A DNA stretch of 64,000 nt from the human T2T-CHM13v2.0 reference genome, Homo sapiens, in NCBI RefSeq assembly GCF_009914755.1, contig NC_060947.1; one strand, written 5' to 3'. Positions 1-13,310 of the stretch are shown in pieces. The notes below the pieces were generated by a model that saw only the letters and a program-made list of their open reading frames with translations, did no database searches and was not told the DNA's origin. A program made the position numbers and the translations under genes. The stretch's first letter is position 1. The number at the start of each line of letters is the position of its first letter.

Positions 1-343
1 AGTGTTTAAGGATGGTGATGGGAGAGGAAAGAAGACATTGTAAGCAATATTTCTGGGTATTAAATATTTAGTTGTTTCCAAGAAGTTCAAGTAAATGACT
101 TGTTTTAAAATTACTTCTGGTTGTACCAATAGTATTCTCTTGACTCTTCTAAAACTAAGCCACACATGAGTTACATGATACATCCCCAGCCCTCTGAAGG
201 TATATTGTTGCTCAGCAAGGTTCGTAAAAAAGCCTATCAATCCACTTGCTTTTGTTTTGTTTAGTATTTCCAAAAGAAGAGTAAGCAAAGTAGCCTGCAA
301 ACATACATGTCAACTCTCAGTCTTGGTAATGATAACATTTTAA

Positions 344-766
<423 letters not shown>

Positions 767-977
767 AAAAGCTGTTTCTTAAAGGATCATTTCAAACATT
801 AGTGGGTTTGCATGGAACCTTCCACGATGAAGCTCCTTTTCTATAAAATCACACTCTAAAATATAAGCTCTAAAATACTTTCCTTGAAGCATTCAGAGTA
901 AAGAAAAAGAGAAAGGACACCTAATTTTAAGCCCCTTAAATAAAACTGAGGGTGTCTTTGTTAAAGAAAATAATTAC

Positions 978-2044
978 CTGAATAAAAGAGATTTCTTTTT
1001 TCTTAAGGAAGGTTTCCAACAATCTGGCACTTGAATTCATTGGAGTATTTTGTATAGTAAGTTTCCATATGGAGTTGTATTGGCAAGAATCAAGGAGTGT
1101 GGTTTTCAGGTCTTGGAGGTGATTAGGTTTATATCATTTCATTTACTGATTGGACAGCCAGTCTAGCTCTGCCTCATGTGAGTGACAACCAGAAGTCCTG
1201 CTTGAAAATCCGTAATTCCCACTTCCATATGAAACAAATGGTTCAACAAGGGAATTTAAGAGGTTCTTGGTGTGCACTGGGCATTTTAGATAGCATTTGG
1301 GATGAGACGGATCTCATGTCATAGGACATGTATGGTGTAAAATATTTGTTATTCAGTATATACACCTCAATCCAGTTTGGTTTCATAATTGGAATCACTG
1401 CAGACTATGAACCAATATTGAACTACCTGGGAATAGGAGCTGTTTGGCTTTATAACAAAACATATTTTTTTCAAGCACAACTTGGGGAGATGCCAGATCT
1501 TTATTATAAACATGGAAACCAACACTTAATTGCTCTTGAGTTTTCCTAGACTCTATTTCCTTATTATCCAATGGGTAGATTCCAATATATCTACTTGACA
1601 TTGGAGAGAAAACATATTCTCCAAGGCAGTGGAAGAAATTCCTATATTTACTAAATGGAAATTCCTCTATTTGCTTTCCAGGCCTCTTTTGAAAATAACC
1701 ACAGGAAGAAATGGGATATACTCTTACTGAATCCAAACTCTAAAGTACTTTTGCAGATTTTGCAGAGTGAAGACAAAAGAAGAAATGGTGACCTTCTTTT
1801 TGCAATAATGGTTCTGATGACATAAACATAGACTCTTTGGTGACATCTTTGTCATTCTACAAAGCATTATGAGAGGCAGAATAGTTACTGATACTAGTTC
1901 CTACCACTTATGAGGCCACCATTACAACTGCAGTAGCTGGATCTTGCCACAGTTGTGTAATTGCAGCCAAGGACTTCATTACTTCAGTAGCATTGGGACA
2001 AAACTGAAATATTTACTTTTATAGACATACCAATAATATTAAAC
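978..2044 (-). pseudogene. Possible decayed large coding exon (unidentified)
   Basis: No recognisable repeat. Minus-strand acceptor ctcctttttattttttcccgtttgcaag|G (2045/2044) and donor CAG|GTAATT (978/977). One frame has only 11 stops in about 355 codons and contains ORF 1395-1736. No protein family recognised. Confidence 0.3.
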
Positions 2045-2239
2045 CTTGCAAACGGGAAAAAATAAAAAGGAGTCTGTAAGTCCCTATGGCCAATAAATCA
2101 AGACTTAGCCAATTCATGATATTTTGATGTTCACATGGTAAGTGAAATTATTTTCCTCTTTTCCATCTACCCCCACTATCCGTGGCTTCTCTCCAATTGT
2201 AGTTTTCATCTCCTTTTCAAGGTGAGTGATTTTAGGAGG

Positions 2240-2425
2240 CACAGTGTTGGATTGAAATAAGATGACATGAGACTAGATTCTTCTACCTCAATAACTTGGT
2301 ACCTGGTACCTATGGCAGGTCACTTAAAATCTTTTGATCTATTTTCTCACTTCTATAATGGAGATGATAATACTTGCTCTGGGAAAATCAGATGGCATAA
2401 TGTATGTGAAAGTGTTTTAAAATTT
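2240..2425 (+). mobile_element. MIR
   Basis: Degenerate MIR core (ggcaggtcacttaaaatcttttgatctattttctcacttctataatggagatgataata). Confidence 0.7.
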
Positions 2426-2444
2426 CTAACCTGTTGTTATAATC

Positions 2445-3055
2445 TGCAGATGATATAACTTCCTGCATAGATAACTCAAGAGAATCCACAGATAAATTAT
2501 TAGAATTAACAAGAGTTCAGTAAGGTGGCTGCAATAATTTCAATATACAAAAGCAAAGTGCATTTCTATAAACTTTCAGCCAGCAGTTGTAAACTGTAAT
2601 ATTAAAAACTGTGCCATTTATAATTGCAAAATAATATATAATATACCATACAAAATCAAAATATGCAATATTTTATGTAGAAAATTACACATTTTAACTA
2701 TCGTAAGCCACTAAAGAAGCCTGAAGTAAAATGAGAGAAATAACATGTTCATGAATATGAAGACAAAATATCAATAATGATGTTAATTCTTCCCCATTTT
2801 TTACAGATTTTTTACAATTTCAATCAAAATCCAAACTAATTATTTTCCTTTGAAGTTGCTAAGGAAAGGGTCCAAGTGTCCAAGATTTTCTTCGAGGAAA
2901 ACAAAAAACAGGTAGAGAGACCTGCCCTGCCCAATGTCATTAAAAGAATGTGACAAGGGTGAAAGAACAAAGAAAACTTTGAAATGGGACAGAATTTAGC
3001 TACAGATCCAGATCATATTGGTGAAATTGTGATATATGACAGACCTGGCCTCATA
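2445..3055 (+). mobile_element. Ancient L1M ORF2 (RT region) fragment
   Basis: gcagatgatata corresponds to the (F)ADD motif and is followed by degenerate ENP/KLLELI/FSKVAG/INIQKS-like L1 sequence. Confidence 0.8.
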
Positions 3056-3559
3056 GAATAAAGAACTTCAATTACCCAACTTAACCAGTGGCAAGGGGTG
3101 GAGGTGGGGCAAGCCCACTGATGCCTCCTTGGGCCCAGCAGAAGACAACCCTTCTCTGCATACCACAGTACGTGAGAGAACTCCTTGAAAATGGAAACAA
3201 CATGAAACCTCCATTACAAAAGACAATCCTAGCAATTTTCTAATGTGTTCAACATAATTAATTCAGAAAAGAATAATTACAATGTTCACTAATCAGTGAA
3301 TCTATTCTATTCCAAATATTACAAAATAGAAAACGTGTCTTGCCTTGAAAAAATGAAATATATAGTGAGTATTCAATAGGCAATATACTTCTACACACTC
3401 ATAGGTTTTGCCCCTAATATTATTTTTATCCTTAAAAGAGGGCTGGTCTACTTAGAGGAACACAATGCTTAGGTCTGAGGCTCAATCAAACATGCAGGAC
3501 ATAACAGAGATTTTGTACTATCCTGTTAATACTGCTATCAATAGAGCGAAGCATAGCAT

Positions 3560-4506
3560 TTGGTAGTCACAGCTGGAACCCTGTGCATATCCCCTAGATC
3601 CACCATGGAGGTCCCCAAAAACTGTGATAGGTCTGAAATTTTACTCTACTTTCAAGCGAATGAGTCATTCTGCCAGTTTCATGGATGCTGTTAGAAGACA
3701 TGAGACACCTGAGTCCAAGATCAAGGACAATATATTATTCACAACAATAGTAATAGCCAGAGCATCACCATTTGCTCCAGTCCCTCCAAGCCCCAGTCCC
3801 TACAAGGTGACTTATGGGAGTCAGGTGACACCTGCTCACATAATGGACTGCATTACAGGACATCATCTCTGAGCTTAGAGAACCGAAATCTTTTGTGATG
3901 GATGGTAAGTTTGCCTAACCTTTGTCCCTAAGGAAGACATTCTCTTCCTTAGGGACAGAAAACAAACCTGCCCTTCTCTCTAGAGGGAGACATGACCTCT
4001 ATCCCTCTTGAGACTGTTCACTAAACAAATATTTTTGAAAAGATATTCCAAAAGTGTGAGTGCCTCTGTTCACAAGATGTTAGAAATGCCAGCGACACAT
4101 GGAGAACTGCCTTTCAATAGAGGTCAGCTGCAGACAGCTCCCCTAAATTCAAACTGCTCCAGGGCGATCTCCGGCAATGGAAGTCTACTAGGTCACCTGC
4201 ACTGGTCAGGCTGGAAGTGCAGGGGAGGTAAGGGCCCAGAAAAGGTTACAGATGATGGCATAATACCCCTGCATCATCACCCCTCACTGGGACATTTCTG
4301 AATTGTGTTCTACACAGGCCCTCAGCTGCATTTAGCCCCACTTTCCCACAGCAGTAACCAACTCATTAACATAGCTTCTATTAGCTTTCCTCCTTTCCTT
4401 GTCTTCCTTACTTTCTCACTGTGTTCCTGCAGTTACCTCCCAAATAAACTACCTGAACTCAATTCCTGGTCCCAGGGTCTAGTTCTGGAAAATCCATACC
4501 AAGACA
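3560..4506 (+). mobile_element. LTR16-family (ERVL) solo LTR, split by LTR40 insertion
   Basis: 3' end cctcccaaataaactacctgaactcaattcctggtcccagggtctagttctggaaaatccataccaagaca is typical of LTR16. Confidence 0.7.
3623..4119 (-). mobile_element. LTR40-family (ERVL) solo LTR nested in LTR16
   Basis: Reverse complement begins tattgaaaggcagttctccatgtgtcgctggcatttct...gtgaacagaggcact, matching the LTR40 5' end. Confidence 0.7.
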
Positions 4507-5039
4507 GATAGAGCAAAGAAATAAACCCACATCAGTTAGTGTCCATAACTGACATCTTTACTTTGTGATGTGTAGACACAGCCTAAAAAAATGGAAGGGA
4601 GTCATACTTTAAAGATCTTTCCTGTATTAAGATGGTCCCTGATTCAGAGTTATATGATGGTCCAAATCTTCATTATTCTGCAGTCTTAGCTGTATTAAAG
4701 CAAGATAATCCTAAATTTGATGCAGCTGAACCTCCTGCCATAGATTCAATAGATTTACTGAAGACTTTAGTAAGGCTGCGGGCCAGGGAATGAGCTCATC
4801 CTTCAAAAATATGCCTCGGCCTCTTGCCACTCCAGTACTTTCAAAAGCAGCAGGGCAGGAATAAGGAATTGGCTTGGCATAAGCCAGTGGATCCAAAATC
4901 CAGTGCATGTAAACACACAAATTGCTTGTGGGTTACTAGAGCTGGGCAACAATGTCTGACTCGTCACATCCACCCTAGGGTTCCTCCAAGCTCCTCCATA
5001 TGGTATACTACAGCCAAAAAGAGTATGTCTTGGAGTAGC

Positions 5040-5180
5040 ACCAACTAAACTGTGTATATTGTGACAAGCTACATCTCTCCAAGATTTATTTTCTTCATTT
5101 ATCAAAAGGTAGTGATAATATCTACATCTCATGGTTTTGTTTTAAGAGTTATATGTGATAATATAAATAAAGCTTAGGCC
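5040..5180 (+). mobile_element. MIR fragment
   Basis: Degenerate MIR core and 3' part. Confidence 0.55.
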
Positions 5181-5194
5181 ACAGGTTCCAATTT

Positions 5195-5590
5195 CTTTTA
5201 TTTAGCATGTATTTCCTGAGCGCTGATCATGTGCTAGGCATTGTTCTAAGAGCCTGGGGTACATCAGCAAACAAAACAGGCAGAGATTTCTGTCCTCATG
5301 GAGCTTACATTCTAATAAGGAGAGATAGTAATAAAAAGTAAATATAATATATAAGTAAATTATTTAGGATGTTAATGGTGATAAATTCTAAGGAGAAGTA
5401 AAAACTATAGCAGGGTAGGGAAACATCAGGAAAGAGGAGGTGGGATGGGGTGGGGTGAGGAAGCTTGCAGTATTAGATAATGTGGTCAGGGTAGGCTTCA
5501 ATCAGAGTTTGAGATTAGAGAAAATATTCAAAGAAGAGGAGGGAGTTGGAGTACTTATATCTGGGGGAAGAGTGCTCCAGGAAAAGACAT
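5195..5590 (-). mobile_element. L2 3' end
   Basis: atgtgctaggcattgttctaagagcctgggg...gtcctcatggagcttacattcta. Confidence 0.85.
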
Positions 5591-5659
5591 AAATATATTT
5601 TAATGAACATTAACTTCTACTAGCCATCTTTATAGTGGCTTTTTAATTGAACTGAACAA

Positions 5660-5943
5660 TATTGACAATAACAATAAAAAACACGGTAAACATTTATTTA
5701 GTGCTCATGATGTGCCAAGAACTACTTAGGCTTCTCATCTATCAACTACATCGATTCTCATAGGAATTCTTCGAGATATGACTATCTTTCAGAGAAGCAC
5801 TATCTTATTTTTTAGATAAAACTGAAGCAGGCAGAAATTAGTAAATTGCTTAAGGTCACACAGCAAGAAAGTAGGGAAAGGAAGATCCAAACAACACATT
5901 CTGACTCAAGTATTGAGTGCCAAACCACTGTACCATACTGCCT
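5660..5943 (-). mobile_element. MIR
   Basis: ttagataaaactgaagcaggcagaaattagtaaattgcttaaggtcacacagc...ccactgtaccatactgcct. Confidence 0.8.
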
Positions 5944-5964
5944 TTATTTAATTAAAAGGACAGT

Positions 5965-6172
5965 TAAAGGGGGCTGGAAAGGCTACCTGGTGGGAGTTGG
6001 GGTTGTAGAGAAATATCTGGACTATCAAGGGGCATCAGATATATTTTTGGGGTGATGGAAATGTTTAGCTATTGTTTTGTGGTGGTCGTTTCACAACAAT
6101 TATCAAAATTCATCCATTTGTACACTTGAAATGGATGCAGTTTATTAAACTATTGCTCAATAAAATGAACTT
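5965..6172 (+). mobile_element. L1M (MC/ME) 3' UTR end
   Basis: ttttggggtgatggaaatgtt...caaaattcatccatttgtacacttgaaatggatgcagtttatt...ctcaataaaa. Confidence 0.75.
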
Positions 6173-6465
6173 TGAAAAGGGGTTCTGGAAAGATTAGCTT
6201 GCATATACTGAAATCACCAGTTTCATTCACCCCAATTACCCTACAGAACATCTGTCTTTAATTACTCAAGTTTCTAATTCATGGGCCAAGTGTGAGTTCT
6301 GTATTTTGTCTTAACTCCCTTACTTTTCCTTGAGGTGTGACTTACATGGTCTATTTAATATGTGACCATTCACAGACTTCAGCCCTAGGTTGTGCATTTA
6401 ATAGTGAGTAGCCAATGAATTAGTGTTAAAAAAAAAGTGTTATAGTTGATCCTTGTTCACTGCTT

Positions 6466-7081
6466 TTGATAGGCAGAATTAAAAGATGGCCTGCAAGATT
6501 CCCATCCCCTGGTATATACACCTGGTATAACCCCTTCCCATGTGAGTGTAGGCAGGACCTGGGAATATGATGGAACAGTCTGCCCCTTGATTAGGTTACC
6601 TTCTGTGGCAAAGGTGATGGGATGTTGCTCCTATGATTATATTACAGTGTGTAAGACTCCATAGTAGCCTACAGGAGAGAGATGCTCCTGCTGGCCTTTG
6701 AGAAGTAAGTTGCCAGATTGTGAGAGGGCCTGTGAGATGGTCACATGGCAAGGAACTTCAAGGGGACTCTAGGAGCACAGTGCAACCCCTGGCTGACAGC
6801 TGGCAAGAAAAGGGTATCTTATTTCTGCAATGGTAAGAAGCTAGATTTTGCCATCAACATGAGCTTGGAAGAGGATCCTGAGCTGAAGATGAGACAGCAG
6901 CCCTGGCTGATACGTTCACTTAGGGTCATAGGACCCTTGTATGACCCTGTATGATCCTGAGTGCAGGATCCAGTTAGGTGTTCCTGGCCTCCTGACCCAC
7001 AGAAACTGTGGGATAATGTATGTGTGCTATTTTAAGCCACTAGGTGGTACTCTCTTATGCAGCCAAAACAATTGAATATAC
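6466..7081 (+). mobile_element. MLT1E-type MaLR solo LTR
   Basis: taggcagaattaaaagatggcc...ctcctgacccacagaaactgtg...ttttaagccacta. Confidence 0.85.
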
Positions 7082-7244
7082 TGCTCCTTAAAAAGATCCA
7101 GTCATTCATTTAACATTTATTGAGATCCTGCTGTGTGTACCACTCCAGAATAGCTTCCTCAGGCTGGAATTTTCCACCGTACTTCCCTTGGTTGGACCTA
7201 ATTATATTTAAGTGCCTCCTCCTGCATTGTTTGTGCAGTTTACC

Positions 7245-7385
7245 ACAGTCCTAGGAGCTAGACTACCTGGGTTCAAATCCCAGTTCTACTGTTTACTAGC
7301 TGTGTGACTACAGGTAGATTATTACTTCTGTGTGCCTGTTTCCTCATTTGTAAAGTGAGAATAATAATGGTGTCTACTCCACTCA
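7245..7385 (+). mobile_element. MIR
   Basis: cctgggttcaaatcccagttctactgtttactagctgtgtgac...gtttcctcatttgtaaagtgagaataata. Confidence 0.85.
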
Positions 7386-7398
7386 AATGAGCTTATTT

Positions 7399-7710
7399 AT
7401 TAGTCAGGTAAGGTTATGCTGGGGTAACAAATTAACCATGGAGCCTCACTGGCTTAATGCAATGGAAACATATTTTTCAGTGATGCTGTGGGTTTTCGGG
7501 GGCTCTACTTCTTGTAGTTACTAATGGACTCCAGCTGAGCGAGGGTCCTCCAAACTGAGATGCCACCATCTTAACAGATTGCTTAGACAGAGCTGGAGGG
7601 TCATTTACTTTCTTGGCCAGAAAGTAATACATGCTACTTCCATTCACAGTCCATGCTGCAAAACCAGTCAAGTGATCTCACGTAACTCAAGCTGGTTGGG
7701 AAGAGACAAA
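7399..7710 (-). mobile_element. Old MLT1 (J/K-like) LTR
   Basis: tattagtcaggtaaggttatgctggggtaacaaa...ctcactggcttaatgcaa. Confidence 0.65.
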
Positions 7711-7779
7711 CAAAGAAGGAGCCCACCCTGTGGAAATCTTTTCATATACAGAGAAGAGCCAGTATACAGGCTGTGGGGA

Positions 7780-8085
7780 AGGAATTACTGACATGTTCAC
7801 GAAAGAGTAAGAAGCTCAGTGTGACAGTTGTGTGGTGACTAAGGACAAGAGTTATAGAAGAAATCATTGGAGAGATAGGGAGGGGCAAGATCACACAGAG
7901 TGAGCAAAAGCAAGAGAGTGAGAGAGACAGAAAGTGCTGTCTGGGTCACCTCTTAGACTCGTAGCCACACAAAGGGGGGAGCTATCTGTGTTTGTCACTT
8001 CTATCCCCCAAGTGCCTAACACACTTGCTGGACACTCAGTAGAACCTCAGACACTTTGTTTACTGAATGAATACATGAATGAGGT
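7780..8085. mobile_element. L2 fragments (opposite orientations)
   Basis: ggagagatagggaggggcaagatcacacagag, and a 3' end agtgcctaacacacttgctggacactcagtagaacctc...tgaatgaat. Confidence 0.6.
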
Positions 8086-8779
8086 GGTGGGGTTGACATA
8101 CTTGTCTCTCTGAATTTCATTCCCCGGGCCTCTCTCCAAGGTACGGACTGCTTCTTGACCATCACAACGAAGCTTTGGAAACATATTTCAGGGATGATGA
8201 AGCAAACATTATCTTGTGTACAAGACAGTTCAGCAGAACATTATCAAGGAAACCACATTCCTATCTTGTAGGCTAAGGATGGAGCTGAAAGATGTGACTG
8301 GACTTTAGACTTCCTGCAGGCAGCAACTCTTCCCCACTGCAGCCTCTGCTGGCTGAGAAACAGGGGCCTCTCTCAAGAAGAAGCATATCAGATCTGACCA
8401 GAGACTGGCCAGAAAGAACACCCTGCAGACTGCCTGAAGCCCAGGGCTAGGAGGGAGGCTGAAGGAGGGACAATAGCATCTCTGGAAGTCAAAATATTTT
8501 CTTTTACCCAGCTGCCAACTTGCAGAGAAGGAAATTAAAGCAAGGCTGCTTTCCTAATTTAGAGCGAGGATATTTTCCATATTTTTGTAGAGATATTTTA
8601 TTTATGAGACACAAAAGGAACCAGGGGATACAGATAGTAAGAGTGTCTACTGGCCTTTTAATGCACGGTAGGCTGCACATTTCCTTCTTGTGCTTTAGAA
8701 ATAGGTTCAATAAAAGAAAGTCCAACTTGTGAAATCACACACATCTAATTCTCTTTGAGATTTAAGGCCACAAGTTGTG

Positions 8780-9760
8780 ACCTGAGCTGAGTCACAGCTG
8801 GGTCGAAGGGAACTGCCTCATCTCTTCTCCACCCACGACAATGCCCTCTCCATCAAAAAATATCTAACTGTGTTTGTCCCAGATTAACAGCAAGCCTTGG
8901 GATGATGTGGGAAAGCGACCTTTGCATTGTTTGTACAGTGTAGTAATGGCGTCCTTGTGTTTCCTCCATCCCAACTGTCTGAAAACACTTTCCAAATTTA
9001 TTTCAGCTGTGGTTAAGGAATAACAGAATAGAAACATAGCAGCGATTTTGTAGTTTAATGACTCAATCAAGAAAGAAAACATTACCATCGTGCTGTGTTT
9101 GACAATTCACTCCAAATCGATTAATTTGATTTTTATAATGAGATTTGGGATAACATTCTGATTCTCCAAATCTTAGAAAGCAGCCATTTCATCCCTCAAA
9201 TCCAATATAAAGGCTTTACCTGCATGGGATTCAAATTTATAATGTTGTGTGGTAAGGATTCTATGATGCATTTGCTTCCAACTTTTAAACTCAAATACCT
9301 ATGGTGACACCATCAAAGCTAAAAAGTGTGAGCAAAAACTGGACCTCTGCCAGCACTTTGCTAGACTGTCACAGGCGTTTCCACTAACTGCATGGCTGAC
9401 TGAAATGGCTTTTAAAAGGTAGTGGCGAGACCCTTGAAAGTACTTGAGTGTATTCTTGTATCTCTCCTCTTGCAGTCTGCCCCATGGCTGAGAAATGCAG
9501 TCTGTCCCAGCCAGAAATCTGGGTATCCATCTTTTTACTTTATGATTCCTTTTAGGTGTCTCCCATTAGCATTGGTGGATTTCTCTCTTTCTGCATCCAG
9601 TACAGAACTGCAGGATCCAAAGATCACCTGAGCAGAGTGGAAGGTGGTGTTGGAGGAGTAGGGAGACCTCACTATACAGTGAAGTTACGTAACGTGCAAA
9701 TATATCTACCTTGAATTCAACTATGGGTGTTCTGGAAAAGGTGTGGGTGGGGCGTGTGGA
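8780..9760. promoter_or_regulatory. Candidate enhancer (motif cluster)
   Basis: ARE/AP-1 GCTGAGTCAC (8786-8795) plus E-box; TGACTCA 9059-9065; AAATCGATT 9114-9122; GTTACGTAAC 9684-9693; TGGGGCGTG 9748-9756. Motif evidence only. Confidence 0.35.
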
Positions 9761-9798
9761 GAGGGAGGATGGAGGGAAAAATGGGAGAATGCCTATGA

Positions 9799-10147
<349 letters not shown>

Positions 10148-11689
10148 TGTAATTCAAACATTTGATTACATGCTACATTGCACTCATGAGTGTGTCCCCC
10201 TGGGAGTGCACATAACTTTGAAAATGTGATTCCATTAAAGTCATCACAACTGCCTGTTCAGTCGGTGTCTGTCTTTGCGTGCTTCCCACAGACAGCACCT
10301 CACTAAGCTAAACTATGAACCGCATTTAGTGTTCGAAGTCATACATTCTTTAAATACAACATGGCCTTCAATTATAAGTCAACTGCTTCGTAGTTGGCTG
10401 CCAAAGCAACAGCCATCTTAAACCATGAAATGCCCTTCAGAAGAAAGACATGTGCTAGGAAGATGGAGGAGGGAGCTTGAAGAAACCTGGGTCCCAGGTA
10501 AATGTGAAGTCACTATTCCAGTCTCATCTAAATCAGAAAATAATAACTTCCTATCTTTTTCAGCTATGGTTACTTTGAGTTTTTGGATAGATGCGGCTAA
10601 ACCTCATCCTCATCTACACATTGTTTACATGCAAAATGAATTCCACCTTGAGATATAATATAAGAAGCATGCCCTCTTTGTGGCTGAATATAAACCACAG
10701 TGGAACTTTCTCCAAAAAAGGAATATTTACAAAGCTATTCCCTTACCTCCAGGTAAGCAGAAATTATTTAATATTTTATTTTAAAAGAAATCACTGCATT
10801 CAATACAATGTATCTTGCTGAGCTTTTCTTGATCGGCATTTTAAGCTCATATGATTAATTTTTCTGACTTTCTGAAGCACATAGACATGAAAACTGAAAC
10901 TAAGTCACAGATAAACAAGGAGTACACACAAGGATGTATCAAAAGGCAAAGAAAAAAGTATCCTAACACTCAAACAAATATTCATAAACTGTAATTACAG
11001 GGGAAAAGGCACAGGATGTTCCTGCCTGTTTATAAAGATTAACAAACCTTGGCCAAACCCTTCTTCTTTTCCTTATCTCCAGTAATTGCCAAGCAAGTTC
11101 AACTGCAAAGCTAAAGAATGTGCCAATCTCTTCTTTCAAGACTTTATTCCTCTTTGTTTTCACTGCTCATTTTCTTCAATACGTCATCACAAGTTCCTTA
11201 GACCTACCTTTAGATAAAATGCTTCTGTTTCCTTAACTATAATGAGCTTCATGTAAGGAGCAACACCAACATTTATGAAAAATTTGTCTTCCATTTCTTC
11301 TACCAAGTTAAATACCTGGCCCTAAAGTAATCTGGGTGGCCACCTGGTCTGGCCATGTCATTCTTCAGATGCTACAAAGAGACATAGTAAGTGAGCTGGC
11401 TTCCCCATCTATCCACGGCAAAGTCAGAACCGGCTTCCAAGCCTAGAACAATCTTCTGACTGCACCACCTTCATCCCTCACGGTTCATCTGTTATCTTTC
11501 AGCTTTCTTAATCTTGTTTGCCAGGTCGCCACGCATCACTCATTACTCACTGATCTTCGGGTCTATGATCCTTATAACTGCCCATGCCATTACATACTTT
11601 ATAAATCAGATACTCTCACTGTCCCTTCCCTTTTCTACAGAACTTACTTGTCTACCTTTTTATCCCTTTAAATAAAAGAATAATGATAC

Positions 11690-11840
11690 CCAATTATTGA
11701 GCCCGTTGTTACTGTGTTAACATGGGCTTTGCGTGCAACTCTAATTTTGCCCTCTCAATACTTGTATGAAGCAAAAACCACAGGAGATAAGGAAACTTAG
11801 GCTCAGAGAAGATAAGTAACTTGCTAAAGTTCCCAAGACA
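11690..11840 (-). mobile_element. MIR
   Basis: agataaggaaacttaggctcagagaagataagtaacttgctaaagt. Confidence 0.7.
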
Positions 11841-11873
11841 CTCTCATTTTATGCTTCAACCTTCTCTGTAGAG

Positions 11874-12355
11874 TAGCACTGTCCAATAGAAATGTGATAC
11901 AAGCCATATATGTAGTTTAAAATGTTCTGGTAGTCAGATAAAAAATGTAAAAATAAGTAGTTGAAACTGACTTTTTAACTATATATTTCATTTAACCCAA
12001 ATATCCCAAATCGTATTTCAACATGGAATTGATGTAAATAAATAATTATTAATAAGATATTTTACATTGTTACAGCACATCTCAATTTGGACAGTGGATT
12101 TTCATTAGAAATACTTGATCTGGACTTAGACTTCATAAAATATATGATTGCAAGAATAGATTCACATACCCAAGTTGTTCCAAACGTACTTAAAACTTTT
12201 CCAAAAACTGAACACAGCATCACTTTTTTAAAAGTTTAAATTTCACTTCATTGCAAATTATATTAAATTAAAATGAATTCATCAGTCACATGAGCCATAT
12301 GTCAGGTGCTCAAAAGCCACATGGTAGTCAGTGGCTACCACGTTGGATAGCACAG
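11874..12355. mobile_element. Charlie1/MER33-family hAT DNA transposon
   Basis: TIRs tagcactgtccaata ... gttggatagcacag with Charlie1-type internal sequence. Confidence 0.85.
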
Positions 12356-12430
12356 TTCTAAATCTATGAATGCATTCTTCCAGACAAACTCAACTATATT
12401 TTCCTACCTGAACTCATGCAGACGAGTATG

Positions 12431-12501
12431 TCTCCTCCTCCTCCTCCTCTTCCTCCTCCTCCTCTTCCTTCTCCTCCTCCTCTTCCTCTTCCTCCTCCTC
12501 C
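12431..12501 (+). repeat. (CCT)n/(CTT)n simple repeat
   Basis: Direct reading. Confidence 0.95.
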
Positions 12502-13011
12502 ATGAGAACAGTTAACCCTGCCCATCTTCCGAGGCCCAGTTCAGATGTCTTTTCCTACACAGAGACTTTCCTGATCCACTCAAAAGGAAGTAAACTTCTC
12601 CTTTGAACTTGCAGAGCACTTTTTCTGGGCCTCTTGAATGTCAATGATCATATTTCTCTTTGTAGAGTACACATTTCCTTTCACTCCTGACTCCTGTACT
12701 ACCATCTTTGGAAACCCATAAAGGCTTACCTCAAAACAATGTAAAAAGTAGCTCCTAAAAATATTTTGTGCATGAATCACTCAAAATGATTTGTGAGGGA
12801 AATATTAAAATGACACAAGTCTAAGCCTTTGAAATAAACTATTTACTCTCCACAAACAAAACCAGAAGAGGACAACTTCGGTAAAAAATTATAACCTCTT
12901 TGGTATCCTTATATAGGTTGAGAAAGAATATGAAAAAAAAAAAAACTATTACCACACCTCACTTGTTTTAAATTTTATAATAGATACATTGGTTTCACAA
13001 ATCCAGGGGCC

Positions 13012-13310
13012 TTTTTGTTTCTCTCTATAGACACAAAGTCTTGTTCTGTCACCCAGGCTGGAGTGCAGTGGCACAATTATAGCTCATTGTAACCCCAAAC
13101 TCCTGGACTCAAGCTGTCCTCCCACCTCAGCCTCCTGAGTAGCTGGGACTATGGGCACATACCACCACACCAGGCTAATTTTTTGTTTCTTGTAGAGACG
13201 AGGTCTCTCTATGTTGCCCACACTGATCTTGAATCCCTGGCCTCAAGCAATCCTCCTGCCACAACCTCCCCCAGTTCTGATATTACAGGCATGAGCCACC
13301 ACACCCAAAC
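13012..13310 (-). mobile_element. AluJ
   Basis: Diverged dimeric Alu; degenerate flanking repeat aggggc..tttt. Confidence 0.92.

Noticed and set aside
1008-2137. Plus-strand exon between tttcttttttcttaag|G (1007) and ATG|GTAAGT (2137)
   Set aside because: The splice-like sites exist, but the plus frames are repeatedly interrupted by stops and I found no linked exons. The minus-strand model fits better; a non-coding exon is not excluded.
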